Origin: Antedon mediterranea
Taxonomy: Eukaryota > Animalia > Echinodermata
Length of the DNA stretch: 64,000 bases
NCBI RefSeq assembly: GCF_964355755.1
Contig: NC_092670.1
Span: forward strand, 21,252,795 to 21,316,794
Direction: 5' to 3'
Below, piece by piece: positions 36,302 through 48,857 of the stretch; within the stretch, counting starts at the first letter, position 1; each line of letters starts with the position of its first letter. Made by a program: the position numbers and the translations under genes. Below the pieces are notes generated by a model. That model did not search any database. It saw only the letters and a list, made by a program, of their open reading frames with translations, and was not told the DNA's origin.

Positions 36302-39300
36302 ATGTTGTCCACCTTACACACTGAAAGAATTCATTGTGGCCATCTCACATACATTGAGGGACAAAAGAACCATCAGGTAGGTGATAATTTTTGTTTTAAT
36401 GTCCTTTTGTCATTGTCATAATTAATAAAGCTCTACAGTAATGTGAAGTAGCTTTGCGTCGGGTGAGATAAGTTTATGATCAGATGCTTTGTCTTTTTAC
36501 TTAGTGATACTAAAAAACTAATAGGTCAGCAGTATCTTCTTTCTACCCAACAGCAATCCGTGCAATTAATGACACATGTTTATATTAAGTTTGTACTTCC
36601 CTGAAACCTTGAATTACCAGAATGGTGTCCAGCAGGGTTTAGTTTTTTACCAATGCCGAAACCAGGCTAGAAATACCGGAATGATGTCCAGCAGGGTGTA
36701 GTTTTTTACCAACCCTGAAACCAGTTCTAGAAATACCAGAATGGTGTCCAGCAGGGTTTAGTTTTTTACCAATGCCGAAACCAGGCTAGAAATACCGGAA
36801 TGGTGTCCAGCAGGGTTTAGTTTTTTACCAATGCCGAAACCAGGCTAGAAATACCGGAATGATGTCCAGCAGGGTTTAGTTTTTTACCAATGCCGAAACC
36901 AGGCTAGAAATATCGGAATGGTGTCCAGCAGGGTTTAGGTTTTTACCAACCCCGAAACCAGTTCTAGAAATACCGGGATGGTGTCCGGCGGCCGATAGTT
37001 TCACCATGTAGTTTATGTTCTATTTATTTGTTGCTAGCCGAAACCATTCAATTCATTTCAATGTATTGAATATATTTACAAATGACAATAAATTTACGTA
37101 CTTATTACTCTAAATGTAAATTAACTCTATGATGCAAAGCTTTTGAATACCATATTTATTTGAGTAAATGGCCCCACTTTGAATAAATGCCTCATAGAAC
37201 ATCATTTGGAATAAACAACACTTGAATCTAACCCTTATCTGAATCACCACAAGCTCTGTTGTTTAGAATAATGAACGCCAGGCTAGTGACCTGGAGGTCA
37301 CGGTTCGATTCTTTATGATCGAATAAGGGCAAAACATGTGACCAATCATTATTATTGTAGTATATTTTTTTGCTGCAGTATGTGGCCATTCATTCACAAA
37401 CAAACACATAAGATTGTCTACATAAGGAAGTAGAAGACAATATTGTGATAAGATTTTGTCTATTTTGTTATTAAATATTCTTTGATGTTACTTTTTTAGA
37501 GATGGGTTATCCTGGAAAAAATATTAAATGGTGAGTTTCCGTATATGTTGCCGCAAATGACTTTCAATAAAAACATTTACAAAATCCAAATTTTCTCAAT
37601 TTTTTAGGCATAATTTGAACGCAAGACATTAGTAATTCCATTAATGCAATCCGATTATAGTCCCTCCCTTTTATTTACTGTCTCACTCCTTCATTTAATA
37701 GTCCCACCCCTTCATTTAGTAGTCCCACCATCTTCATTTAGTAGTGCCATCCCTTCATTTAGTAGTGCCATTCCTTCATTTAGTAGTGCCATCCCTTCAT
37801 TTAGTAGTGCCATCCCTTCATTTAGTAGTGCCATCCTTTCATTTAGTCCCACCCCTTCATTTATTAGTCACACCCCTTCATTTAGTAGTGCCATCCCTTC
37901 ATTTAGTAGTGCCATCCCTTCATTTATTAGTGCCATCCCTTCATTTAGTAGTGCCATCCTTTCATTTAGTCCCACCCCTTCATTTAGTAGTCCCACCCCT
38001 TCATTTAGTAGTACCATCCCTTCATTTAGTAGTACCATCCCTTCATTTATTAGTGCCATCCCTTCATTTAGTAGTGCCATCCCTTCATTTAGTAGTGCCA
38101 TCCCTTCATTTAGTAGTCCCACCCCTTCATTTAGTAGTGCCATCCCTTCATTTAGTAGTCCCACCCCTTCATTTAGTAGTGCCATCCCTTCATTTAGTAG
38201 TTCCTCCCCTTCATTTAGTAGTTCCACCTCTTCATTTAGTAGTGCCATCCCTTCATTTAGTAGTCTCACCCCTTCATTTAGTAGTGCCATCCCTTCATTT
38301 AGTAGTCCCACCCCTTCATTTAGTAGTCCCACCCCTTCATTTAGTAGTGCCATCCCTTCATTTAGTAGTGCCACCCCTTCATTTAGTAGTCCCACCCCTT
38401 CATTTAGTAGTCCCACCCCTTCATTTAGTAGTGCCATCCCTTCATTTAGTAGTCCCACCCCTTCATTTAGTAGTCCCACCCCTTCATTTAGTAGTCCCAC
38501 CCCTTCATTTAGTAGTGCCACCCCTTCATTTAGTAGTGCCATCCCTTCATTTAGTAGTCCCACCCCTTCATTTAGTAGTCCCACCCCTTCATTTAGTAGT
38601 CCCACCCCTTCATTTAGTAGTGCCATCCCTTCATTTAGTAGTCCCACCCCTTCATTTAGTAGTCCCACCCCTTCATTTAGTAGTGCCATCCCTTCATTAG
38701 TAGTGACACCTCTTTATTTTCACCAAACATCGTACCCAGGCCCCTGGACTATCATTGGACCAATACAGGATATTACAACCAAAATTAATTTAAATTTTAC
38801 AAACTCAACTGAAACAGTAAATGGTGCTTGATCAACAATTTAAATTATTTTCATTTTCTAATTTTAGGTTCTAACAACATGTACCAATTATGTTTATACA
38901 AAGATGACACTGAAAAGCATGATAAAAAGAGTAAAATATTATATATAAACTCGCAAGAATTTATTGGTACTGAGCAGGGCCATGTGAAAACAACCAAGAG
39001 TGAAAGTATTGTATATTTTGCTGTCATTCTGGTGGATGAGACTATTATGTTCCAGTCGTCCACTATTGATGAACTTAACGTTTGGCAACGCAAATTTAAG
39101 GATAATCTTTGCCACAGTAAGTACAAGTTTGGGTTTGAATCTGTAGTTAGGTTAGCTTTTTCTCATTCTCACAGATTTTCTCAACTTCACCATTTATAAG
39201 TTTTTAATTAATTTCCATAACAATTTTATATATAAAAAATTAAAGGGCAAATTATTGAAAAATTGACATGACTGTTGGTATCACTGCAATCAGTGGCTGG

Positions 39301-42300
39301 ATCTCAAATAAAATGACATACTAATAATTTTAATATCAATTTGTAGGCAACTCCAAACCAGTGATTGATATTATACTAGAAGTTACTTTAGTATAAATCC
39401 AAAGGCAAATTACTGAAAAAAATGACAATGCTGTGGATCGATAAAGTAAAACAGCCAGACAAATATTATTAGAATATCTAAACAGATAATACAGTAACTA
39501 AAATGATTATAATTGTTAAAGAGGAAAAAAATTATTAGTTAAATATTCACCACAACCTTGTCAATTTATCATTAAAGGCCAGGTGCGGGCAAAAAATTTC
39601 TATTGATCATGCATTCCAATAATTATCAATCTATAATTTTCCCTATGTTTCATAATTTTTTGGATTTTATTTTTGTGACACAAGATTGTTGAAAATAAGC
39701 ACTTTCTTATCAGTGGGGGGATAGTTTAAATTTCAAAGTAAAATCTCTATTCTTTTGTACACAAATTTTGTAAATAGAGAGACATTTTAAAAAGCTATGA
39801 AAAATAAACGGTGTGGTAAAAAATGTTATCAGATGACTAAATATAGGTAATATAACTTGAATTTTACATTTCTGGTATTTTTATTCAACTTCAGATTTTT
39901 ATTTTCATGGTATAGCAAAAATTATCCACCATCTTTTTTCACCTTCTAGGGAGTCACCTGAAATGTTATTACATTAGGTTAAACTACGTAACTACTGAAA
40001 AAAAGTCTTCCTGGTTTTATAGTAGAATTTTGCCAAATTTTGGATTTGACCATATTAAGGGAAATTCATATTTTTTCGTCTTGATTTCTGTTACTATTTG
40101 ATTTATGTACAATTAACCAGATATTATATTTAAAATTCATGCCTGTACCTGAGCTTTAAGGCCCAACTTTCATAACATTTTCAAGTTAAACTTTGTCTAC
40201 ACATTTTATGTGAGAATATCCACTACACTTGTTCATGATATGTTTTGCTATTCAAATTTGTGTGCCAAGTATGAAGATATGGCCTTTGTTAATGTTAGTT
40301 AATAAAATAAAAATGTAATTGCTTTATTAAAGCTCTGTCTATAATATCAAACTGTATGTGACAAAAATATGTGATGTGCCCATATATGGACATGATGATG
40401 TCATATCACTACCAAATTTGGGCATATCACGCTTTTTTTGTCAAACTAGTTTGATAGTGTAGACAGAGCTTTACATAAAAAATGAGATTGGACAATAACA
40501 AAAGGTTGGCATTAGCTGACTGTTGATAATCTGTTTTAAACCTTGAATTTGTAATTATAAATTTATTTCTTTTATCACAACACATACTGAGAATTAAGAA
40601 TAATGATCAAGATTAAAGATAAATCCCTTTGATGACGTTTTCAACAACTTTGTGGTATATTTCAAATCAGGCTCAATTTTTATTGATTTCTTTTGAAATT
40701 ATTCATCAATTGAAAATGCTGTATATTTCACAAGCAAGACAATATGTGAGTGTACAGAAAATACATCTAGAACTAAGCACAAATGTTATTGTTATTAATT
40801 ATTTAAGGAAAATCTCTGGTAAAAACCATAGAATATGGTAAAATCAACATCACACAAAAAGACATGGTTCCCGGCTTTTCTCAAACTTATGGTAAAATCA
40901 ACATCACACAAACAGACATGGTTTCCGGGTTTTCCTAAACTTATGGTAAAATCAATGTCCCACAAAAAAATGTGGTTCCGGGTTTTCCCAAACTTATGGT
41001 AAAATCAACATCTCACAAAAAATGTGGTTTCCGAGTTTTCCTAAACTTATTGTAAAATCAATGTCCCACAAAAAGATGTGGTTCCGGGTTTTCCCAAACT
41101 TATGGTAAAATCCAAATCCCACAAAAAATGTGGTTTCCGAGTTTTCCCAAACATGTGTCAACAATGACTAAGCAAATTGAAGCCAAATGATTACAGGCAA
41201 TGATAATAATATGTCGCACCACTATGTCATAGCTCTAGAGTAAAAAAAATCATGCTGATATGTGGGCGAACTGTTTGATGTGATTAGTTGAAGCATGTTG
41301 AGAACTCTGTAAATGTGTTTTATCAACAATTGTACCAAATAAATTACATTTATAGAAAGTTGGTTGATTTACCCAAAAGAGGGCTCCTCAGACATCAAGA
41401 AGAAGACGCTTCATGTGACCCAGTCGTCGGTTTGCTTAGCGCACCTCAATCCGCCAAGATTCTACAAACGTTGGAGTCTCAACAGCATTAAAAAAGTTCA
41501 ATATGACAATGATGTTATCACTTTAGAATTTATAGATGAAAAACTTGGAACAGGTTAGTTTATAATAATAGAAGAAATGTTTTTAATGTAGTATTATTTG
41601 TGATAGTCAAATATAAAAATATTTATTACTAAATATAATTTTATACTGTTTGGTTATGGATGTAAATTGTGGTCAGATATTCATATTGGGTCATTCAGTT
41701 ATTTATCATGGTTATTGAATCGTACTATTATAACCAATCATATCTTCTTAAAGATTAGTGCTTAAATAAATAAGAAATTATACTCAGTGGTGTGTTTTAT
41801 GGAGAATGATCATCTTAAGTATTTAAGTACGTTCTGTTTCTGAGCAGCCAATCACAAGATGTTCTGCAATTTAGCCCCCTCTTAATTAACTCTATAAAAA
41901 ATATTTATTTATACTGTATTGAAAAACAAAAACAAACAAAAACTTTTTTTTTAAACAGGATTTTTCTCATTTTCTGCGGAAAAGTTACACTACCTCCGAA
42001 GAATAAAGGAAGCCATTTATAACATGAAAGAGAGTGAAGTTAATAATGATTACATACCACCTTTGCCTACTCCATTAGGTAATATTTTGTTTTATTTACA
42101 CCATTGGGAGCTAGTTCCCTAAACTTTATAGCTGTGCCTTAATTTCAACCAGCCTAGAGTTAGGACATAGCAGTATGCAACTGTACTGTTATCTCATATA
42201 TATTATAACATAATTTTATAATAAAGGTACTTTAAATGAGTTTACAATTTATGAAGATCTATTCAGAATCATTCACTCATATTAATAATATATAAGAGGG

Positions 42301-45300
42301 TCAATACACTTCAATATTAAATGTGAAAGAACTTAACAATCTTTAAGTGGTGCTTAAAATATAAACTGAATAGTGAATAAAATGGCGATTGCTTAACTAT
42401 TTTTTAAAAGCATGAGAAATAAGTAAAAGGTTTGTATGATGATAAGTGTTTTATTAGTGGCACAGTCAGTAAGCAAAATGCTGTTACAATTGGAGCTACT
42501 GTATGCAGGATTTGGACTTGTACCCTGGGATTAGTAAGCACACATTTCAACCACCAACCTTCACCAATGCTACAACATAAAATATCTGGTCGGTCAGATG
42601 AAGTTACATCTTTTTTTACATTTATCTTTTTTATTTACTATAAATGAAGGTGAGAGCTATGGACCAAATTCGTATGTTAATATATGCAGTGAAGACAACT
42701 ACAAGAATGTATCCCTACCCCCAAAGCCAGTACCCCCAGCTAGACCAATCAAGTGAGTATACATTTATATATTATTAATTTATATTTGTGTTTTTTACTT
42801 GGCAAAATAGAATTTTTCCAAGTATACTACTTGCTTTGTTAATTTGTTGGTTGGTTAACACGATAGCGTCTACAATTTTGAAGTTAAATTATTATGAATT
42901 TTTCTGTGTAAATAGGTTTGTACTTAAAGAACATGCCTATTGAAATGCCTATCAAGAAAATTGGTTCATTAATAACTAATTAATCAATAAACTTAAAAAT
43001 TAAATTTGTATTCTTTTAACATGGACTGAAATATCAACATGCGCCCATATGCGCAATATTTTGCCAAGTTCTTCACTCAGTTTCTGAGTGCTTTTATTAC
43101 ACTAGCATTATGCAACACTTCTGTTATAATTGCTTTTCTTTACCTTTTTAACTGTTTTTATATGTTTTTCACCTCTCTACATCATCATTGTCATATATAT
43201 GTTCTATTTCTTGATTTCAGAGATTACTTTAGACACTTTCGTTCAAATTCAGTAAGTAGGAAATATATCAAATCAATTCTTCTAGTCATCTCACTTACAA
43301 GAATCAGTTTCAATTTTGCTGTAAAAACTATCTTTGTAAAAAGAACAAAAAAACAGACAACTAAATTAAAGACATGTACTGTATTTTACCTTTCACTCTA
43401 TATTATCACTGATTTCCATGTCTGAAAAGGTAAACACCCCTGAATACCGGGTTTCCAACTTTCAACCTAATAAAATTGTGTTAATATTACTGACGTGAAC
43501 TTTCTGAAAATATCCACTTGATATTGAATGTTCACATTTCTGTGTAAAGGCCAATTTACACAGACGAGCGGTGATGGTAAACCACATTGCTTGTCCCACT
43601 ATAGAATCTGTGTCTATTCTGAGCAGAAACCGCCGGTCTGCTCCACATTGTGTAAATAGTCATAATAATAATATTATAATAATATTTATTTCGGCAAAAG
43701 TTCTTAAAAGTATGTTTTTTTCCTCTTACCAGGAGCAAGTAATAGGCATAAGCCCAAAAAAAACACTGCTCTTACCCCATAATAAATAACAAAGATATTA
43801 TTACCGTTACCACTCGTCTGTGTAAATGGGCCTGTAGGGTCAAATTATGATAGATGTATTAATTGATGTTGAATATAATAATTTTACTTATTCTTGTTAC
43901 AGATAGAAGAAACTGTTTATGCAATTCGTTCTAGCAAAGTGTGCTATCGAGACTCTTTACAAATATCGCCATCACAACGACATTCCTTATATGTGTATAT
44001 GGACGTTCATGAATGGTGGACAAACTTGGCCGACGTAATTGGTATGTTCTATTTATATGTAAAAACCAAGATATATAAAATTAATATAGTATAAAACTGA
44101 CTCCAAATAACGATAACGACAGGGAAGTCACGATTTGACGTTTAGATCTATATTTGATCATCATCAGAGGTGATTTGACATTTCGATCATCAGCAATGAT
44201 GATCGAATAAAGATTGAAATGCTTCCCTCTCATTATTTGGAATCAGTTTTATACTATAATATTTATACGTATTATGTGCATTTTATGTTTTTCACATTGT
44301 TATACTATTAAAATTGATAAATTCAGTATTATTGTTTAAAAATACAAAACAAATTCTTTACATTATCCTAAAACAGCTACTGTATATGATTGGAAGAATG
44401 TAGCATGCATAATACGATATGTTTTTAAGGTATTTGTAAACTACTGAAAGTGCAACATTGGCTTATATAATATCAACTTCATTGATTATATCATGTCATC
44501 ATATCGTCATAAAAATTGTGTTCAAACGTTGTTAATAATAAAGATACAATCAGCTTTATTACACATAATGTACTTTTAAATAACAAGTTCTAAATTCGTT
44601 AATGTGCCTATCCTTCAAAATTTGAATCAAGATGAAAACAGAATTGAATAAAAGTAACAGTAGGTGTGTATTTGAATAAATAATGAATGTTTTGTATTCG
44701 TTAAATGGGAACTCAGCACTCGGCTCTGCTTCATTGAATAGACCACTGCCATCTTCAAAGCATGAAAATATTCTCCACAGTCCACATTCATTGTTGTTTA
44801 TTATAACACGCCTGATTGTATTCTTGCAATTTAATTGGTTAATTACGCATCACATGTTATTTGGAATTAGCCCTATCTAATGAGAATGTGATAATGAACG
44901 ACTAATGCATGTTCAGCTTTTTGTAAACAATTTGAGAATTTTGGCCACACGACATTGTTGACTGATCCCGTTCAAAAATTAACTTGTTGTGCGAGTCGTC
45001 TATAACTGTCTTAAGTTGGAGCACTGCCTATTTAATGGCCTAGCTTCCTGGCCTAGCATTCATGTTGAGAGAATATTTCATTCGTTTGCGCTTCGTTAAA
45101 AATAGATTAGTCAATTTTTCAACTCATGAAATACTCTCACTATAACTCATAAACATTCATTATTTTTATACTATGAAATGTAACTTCAGTAAAATCATTT
45201 TGATCTAGCGAGCAGGTTTTCATATAAGAATGATATTTTTTTTTTTTTCATTTTAGGTTTAAATTGTTCCGAAATTGACATTGTAAAATCACTCGCGCCA

Positions 45301-45450
45301 CGATTGAACAAATTCTGCACAGAAATTTTATTTTATCATTGGGAATGCATGCCGAGTCCGGTGCGAGAATGCAGCATTGAAGAATTGAAAAAAATTACAA
45401 TGGAATTACAGCGTCCAGATTTACTAAGCATTCTCGAAAACAAAGGATGA
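36302..45450 (+). CDS. Adaptor gene A: Dok/IRS-like PH + PTB domains, Tyr/Pro-rich linker, C-terminal death domain; ~379 aa
   Basis: Exons: 36302-36376, 37500-37530, 38868-39116, 41356-41553, 41959-42078, 42650-42752, 43221-43251, 43903-44041, 45257-45450 (1140 nt, all GT-AG, in frame). PH: HCGHL..RWVIL..LCLYKD..IMFQSSTIDELNVWQRKF. PTB: LHVTQSSVCL..RWSLNSIKKV..GTGFFSF. DD: WWTNLADVIGLNCSEIDIV..ILFYHWE..SIEELKKITMELQRPDLLSIL. Confidence 0.8.
36615..36990. repeat. 59-bp minisatellite, ~6 copies (intron of gene A)
   Basis: Unit CCGGAATGGTGTCCAGCAGGGTTTAGTTTTTTACCAATGCCGAAACCAGGCTAGAAATA. Confidence 0.9.
37688..38705. repeat. 21-bp minisatellite (CCCTTCATTTAGTAGTGCCAT / ...AGTCCCAC variants), ~1 kb, intronic
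   Basis: Directly visible; gives spurious repetitive ORFs in three frames. Confidence 0.95.
39576..40155. mobile_element. Kolobok-like MITE
   Basis: TTAA-AGGCCAGGTGCGGGC ... GCCTGTACCTGAGCT-TTAA imperfect TIRs. Confidence 0.5.
40331..40470. mobile_element. MITE family A copy
   Basis: Both TIRs present. Confidence 0.8.
40834..41152. repeat. ~53-54-bp minisatellite, ~6 copies
   Basis: Unit TATGGTAAAATCAA..TC.CACAAAAA.ATGTGGTTCCGGGTTTTCCCAAACT. Confidence 0.85.
42791..43095 (+). mobile_element. Helentron-associated interspersed element (HINE/DINE-like)
   Basis: T-run start, subterminal IR ACTTGGCAAAATA (42797) / TATTTTGCCAAGT (43057), GTTG microsatellite, 3' hairpin CACTCAG-TTT-CTGAGTG then T-run. 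Confidence 0.6.
43549..43832. mobile_element. MITE (Harbinger-like)
   Basis: TIR GGCCAATTTACACAGACGAGCGGTGATGGTAA / TTACCGTTACCACTCGTCTGTGTAAATGGGCC. Confidence 0.7.
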
Positions 45451-45747
45451 TCATGCAAAACACCTAGAAAATAATTTATGAAAAAAAAACTTGTTATCAA
45501 TGTCTTTCAAATGTATGTATAAGTCTCTCAGCTGGATCTGAGATATAAAGTAAACCTACAAACTAACATTGTGGAAGTTAGTGTCTGCAATTGGTCAGTT
45601 ATTTGCCAGTTTCTATCCCACAATGACCCACAGCTTAGGCATATGTCTTGCAGCCATGCATTTCTTCTCTACCAATTTTATTGCAAAAGCACTCACAGTA
45701 CTGTACATTGTGCTTCCATCTATGAACAGTACATGGTACTGTACTTG

Positions 45748-46878
45748 CAGTTCATCCCACCTACTGGGAACAGTTCATCCCACCTACTGGGAACAGTACA
45801 TCACACCTACTGGGAACAGTACATCACACCTACTGGGAACAGTTCATCCCAACTACTGGGAACAGTTCATCGCACCTACTGGGAACAGTACATCGCACCT
45901 ACTGGGAACAGTTCCATCACACCTACTGGGAACAGTACATCACACCTACTGGGAACAGTTCATCACACCTACTGGGAACAGTTCATCCCACCCACTGGGA
46001 TCAGTTCATCTCACCTACTGGGAACAGTTCATCACACCTACTGGGAACAGTTCATCCCACCTACTGGGAACAGTTCATCCCACCTACTGGATCAGTTCAT
46101 CACACCTAATGGGAACAGTTCATCACACCTATTGGGAACAGTTCATCACACCTATTGGGAACAGTTCATCACACCTACTGGGAACAGTTCATCACACCTA
46201 CTGGGAACAGTTCATCACACCTACTGGGAACAGTTCATCACACCTACTGGATCAGTTCATCCCACCTACTGGAAACAGTTCATCCCACCTACTGGGATCA
46301 GTTCATCCCACCTACTGGGATCAGTTCATCCCACCTACTGGGAACAGTTCATCACACCTACTGGGAACAGTTCATCCCACCTACTGGATCAGTTCATCCC
46401 ACCTACTGGGAACAGTTCATCCCACCTACTGGGAACAGTTCATCCCACCTACTGGGAACAGTTCATCACACCTACTGGGAACAGTTCATCACACCTACTG
46501 GGAACAGTTCATCACACCTACTGGGAACAGTTCATCACACCTACTGGATCAGTTCATCCCACCTACTGGAAACAGTTCATCCCACCTACTGGGATCCGTT
46601 CATCCCACCTACTGGGAACAGTTCATCACACCTACTGGGAACAGTTCATCACACCTACTGGGAACAGTACATCACACCTACTGGGAACAGTTCATCACAC
46701 CTACTGGGAACAGTTCATCCCACCTACTGGATCAGTTCATCCCACCTACTGGGAACAGTTAATCCCACCTACTGGGATCAGTTCATCCCACCTACTGGGA
46801 ACAGTTCATCACACCTACTGGGAACAGTTCATCCCACCTACTGGGATCAGTTCATCCCACCTACTGGGAACAGTACAT
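45748..46878. repeat. 23-bp minisatellite (CAGTTCATCCCACCTACTGGGAA), ~1.1 kb, downstream of gene A
   Basis: Directly visible; 22-bp variants shift frames, explaining three overlapping repetitive ORFs. Confidence 0.95.
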
Positions 46879-48569
46879 TGGTATTTTAACCTACTGTACA
46901 CAACAGTACTATATAATAATAAAATACTCTATTTAAACACAGAGAACTTGATCACCCAAAGGCCATAAATTGTTCTTATAATTAACAACAATGTATACAT
47001 AGAAATTGAACTACTGTATAACATAAAAACAATATGTAAGCTACAGTAAAGTGTACCATACTTTTTTAGGAGAGCAAAATGCTCTCCTTGAAAACACAAG
47101 GAGAGAAATTTAGTGCTCCCTGCCTTTTTCTTACGTGGACTGGTACACTATACATTCAGATTAGCAGAAATTAACTATGGTATATTAAAATTACATATAC
47201 CGTAATAACAAGCACGTAATAATAATCTGATTTAAAAGTTAAAAGGAAAAACAATTTAAAATTACCGTAAAAGATGCAAATTGAAGAAGTATTATCCAAA
47301 ATACATTATAAAACATAGAAATTAACAGGCTGCCTACATGTCTTGTGTATTAAATTAAAATATACTCTTAGAATTTAGCAAGACTTGTAGCATTTCTAGA
47401 TTCTATGTTTAAGTCATTCGTGATGGTGGAATCTGCTTCATGCTTGAAAACTTGAGATGGATTATGAAACTGCTGGCTTGACGGTTATTTAATTCTTTTT
47501 CATTGTTCATAGATAGTACAACGAGCTACATTCTAAAGTTTACGACCATTTTATTTTCAAGTGTGAATTCTACACTTTGATACATTTTGAAATAACCAGA
47601 TATATATATATATATATTTATACCTGCCATTACTTTTTTACAAATTATTTATTGCCAGGCATAAATTAGACTTACGATTTATATGAAATATCTCATTTTT
47701 ATAATATCTAGCTACAAGTTTAATATCATAGGTGTCCTAAATTAAAAAAAATATATGATGCAATATATAGGACATTAAGTTTGGTTCATCATTTCATTTT
47801 GTTTTTTTTGGATCCGGCAAATGTTTATTGGGAATGTGTATTATAGTAGTATAATATTATCTTGAAAAAATTATAAATCTCCATTATGATTTACTTCATT
47901 CGTTTGTTGGCTTAATTTATTTTACATTATCAAAATTATCAGTGTATGAACAATTTTTATTAAAATGTAAGTGAATAAATATCTGCAAAAACATTGCAAA
48001 CTACTGTTTTATTCAATTGCCATCCAACAACAGTGCCCTCTGTAATTGGGAAACTTATTTAGTTTTGTGAGTCATCTGAGCAGGTATGGTCACTGGACCA
48101 TAACATTACCCACTCAACCATTTCATTGATATGAGGAAGTTTATGTTGTACTTTTTTTATTTAACGGTTGACATATTGGAGCTGCATATCCTGTGTGAAT
48201 AGCTTTTGAAAGGCAAGACAATAGTCTATTAGTATCAAGGAAGCAGGTCTTCAGTAAGTAAACTTGTTTTATAAACATATACCTATGCTCTCAAATTCTT
48301 CACCTAAAACTTAAGTGTTACTAAGGTTAGTGCATCATCATTATTCAATCCCTCTGAATAAGCTAAAACCTGTATTATTGGTAGATATTATATTTGAGTT
48401 GTTGTTCTCATTTCATTGTATATTACCTTTGTGGACAAGTGGTCTATGGTATATAATATGCTAGCAAAGAAATTGTTGTTAACTTTTGTTTTAAAATCAC
48501 TGATAATGCTTTGATTTCCTTCTGTCAAAAGCAATTATTTATATATGCCAGCTCTTACTATTCCTTCAC

Positions 48570-48611
48570 TTGCACTGATGAAGGGCTAGTGTTGCCCGAA
48601 AGCTCTGCTAA
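48570..48611 (+). ncRNA. Minimal type I hammerhead ribozyme-like motif (Penelope-like element remnant)
   Basis: TTGCA-CTGATGA-A-GGGC(TAGTGTT)GCCC-GAAA-GCTC-TGCTAA: conserved core, 4-bp stem II, palindromic AGCT stem III, short stem I. Confidence 0.65.
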
Positions 48612-48857
48612 CTTTTATGGCTGTTTTACTTATCGTTTTGATTTAGCTTTTCACTTTTTTGTGTATCTCCATTGAGATCCAGCCACTGATACCCACAGCA
48701 TTGTCATTTTTTTCAATAATTTGCCTTTGGATTTATATCAAAAAGAGGTTATTGACAGTAAAAATGAATATTTGTATTGGTTATGTATTAAAAGGTCAGT
48801 CCACTGACTGAAAATGTTAAACCACAATTAGCAAATAAATTTGTTTTATTGCAGGAT

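Noticed and set aside
37502-37527. ATG at 37502 as start of gene A
   Set aside because: That frame does not join the downstream PH exon; the exon reads RWVILEKILNG in phase with the upstream exon 36302-36376.
37644-38831. Long ORFs of 395, 318 and 273 aa
   Set aside because: Translations of a 21-bp intronic minisatellite, open on both strands; the gene A model splices over them in frame.
45569-46968. ORFs of 397, 465 and 244 aa, or a CRISPR-like array
   Set aside because: 23-bp tandem repeat without unique spacers, in a eukaryotic context with no cas genes; the ORFs are repeat artefacts.
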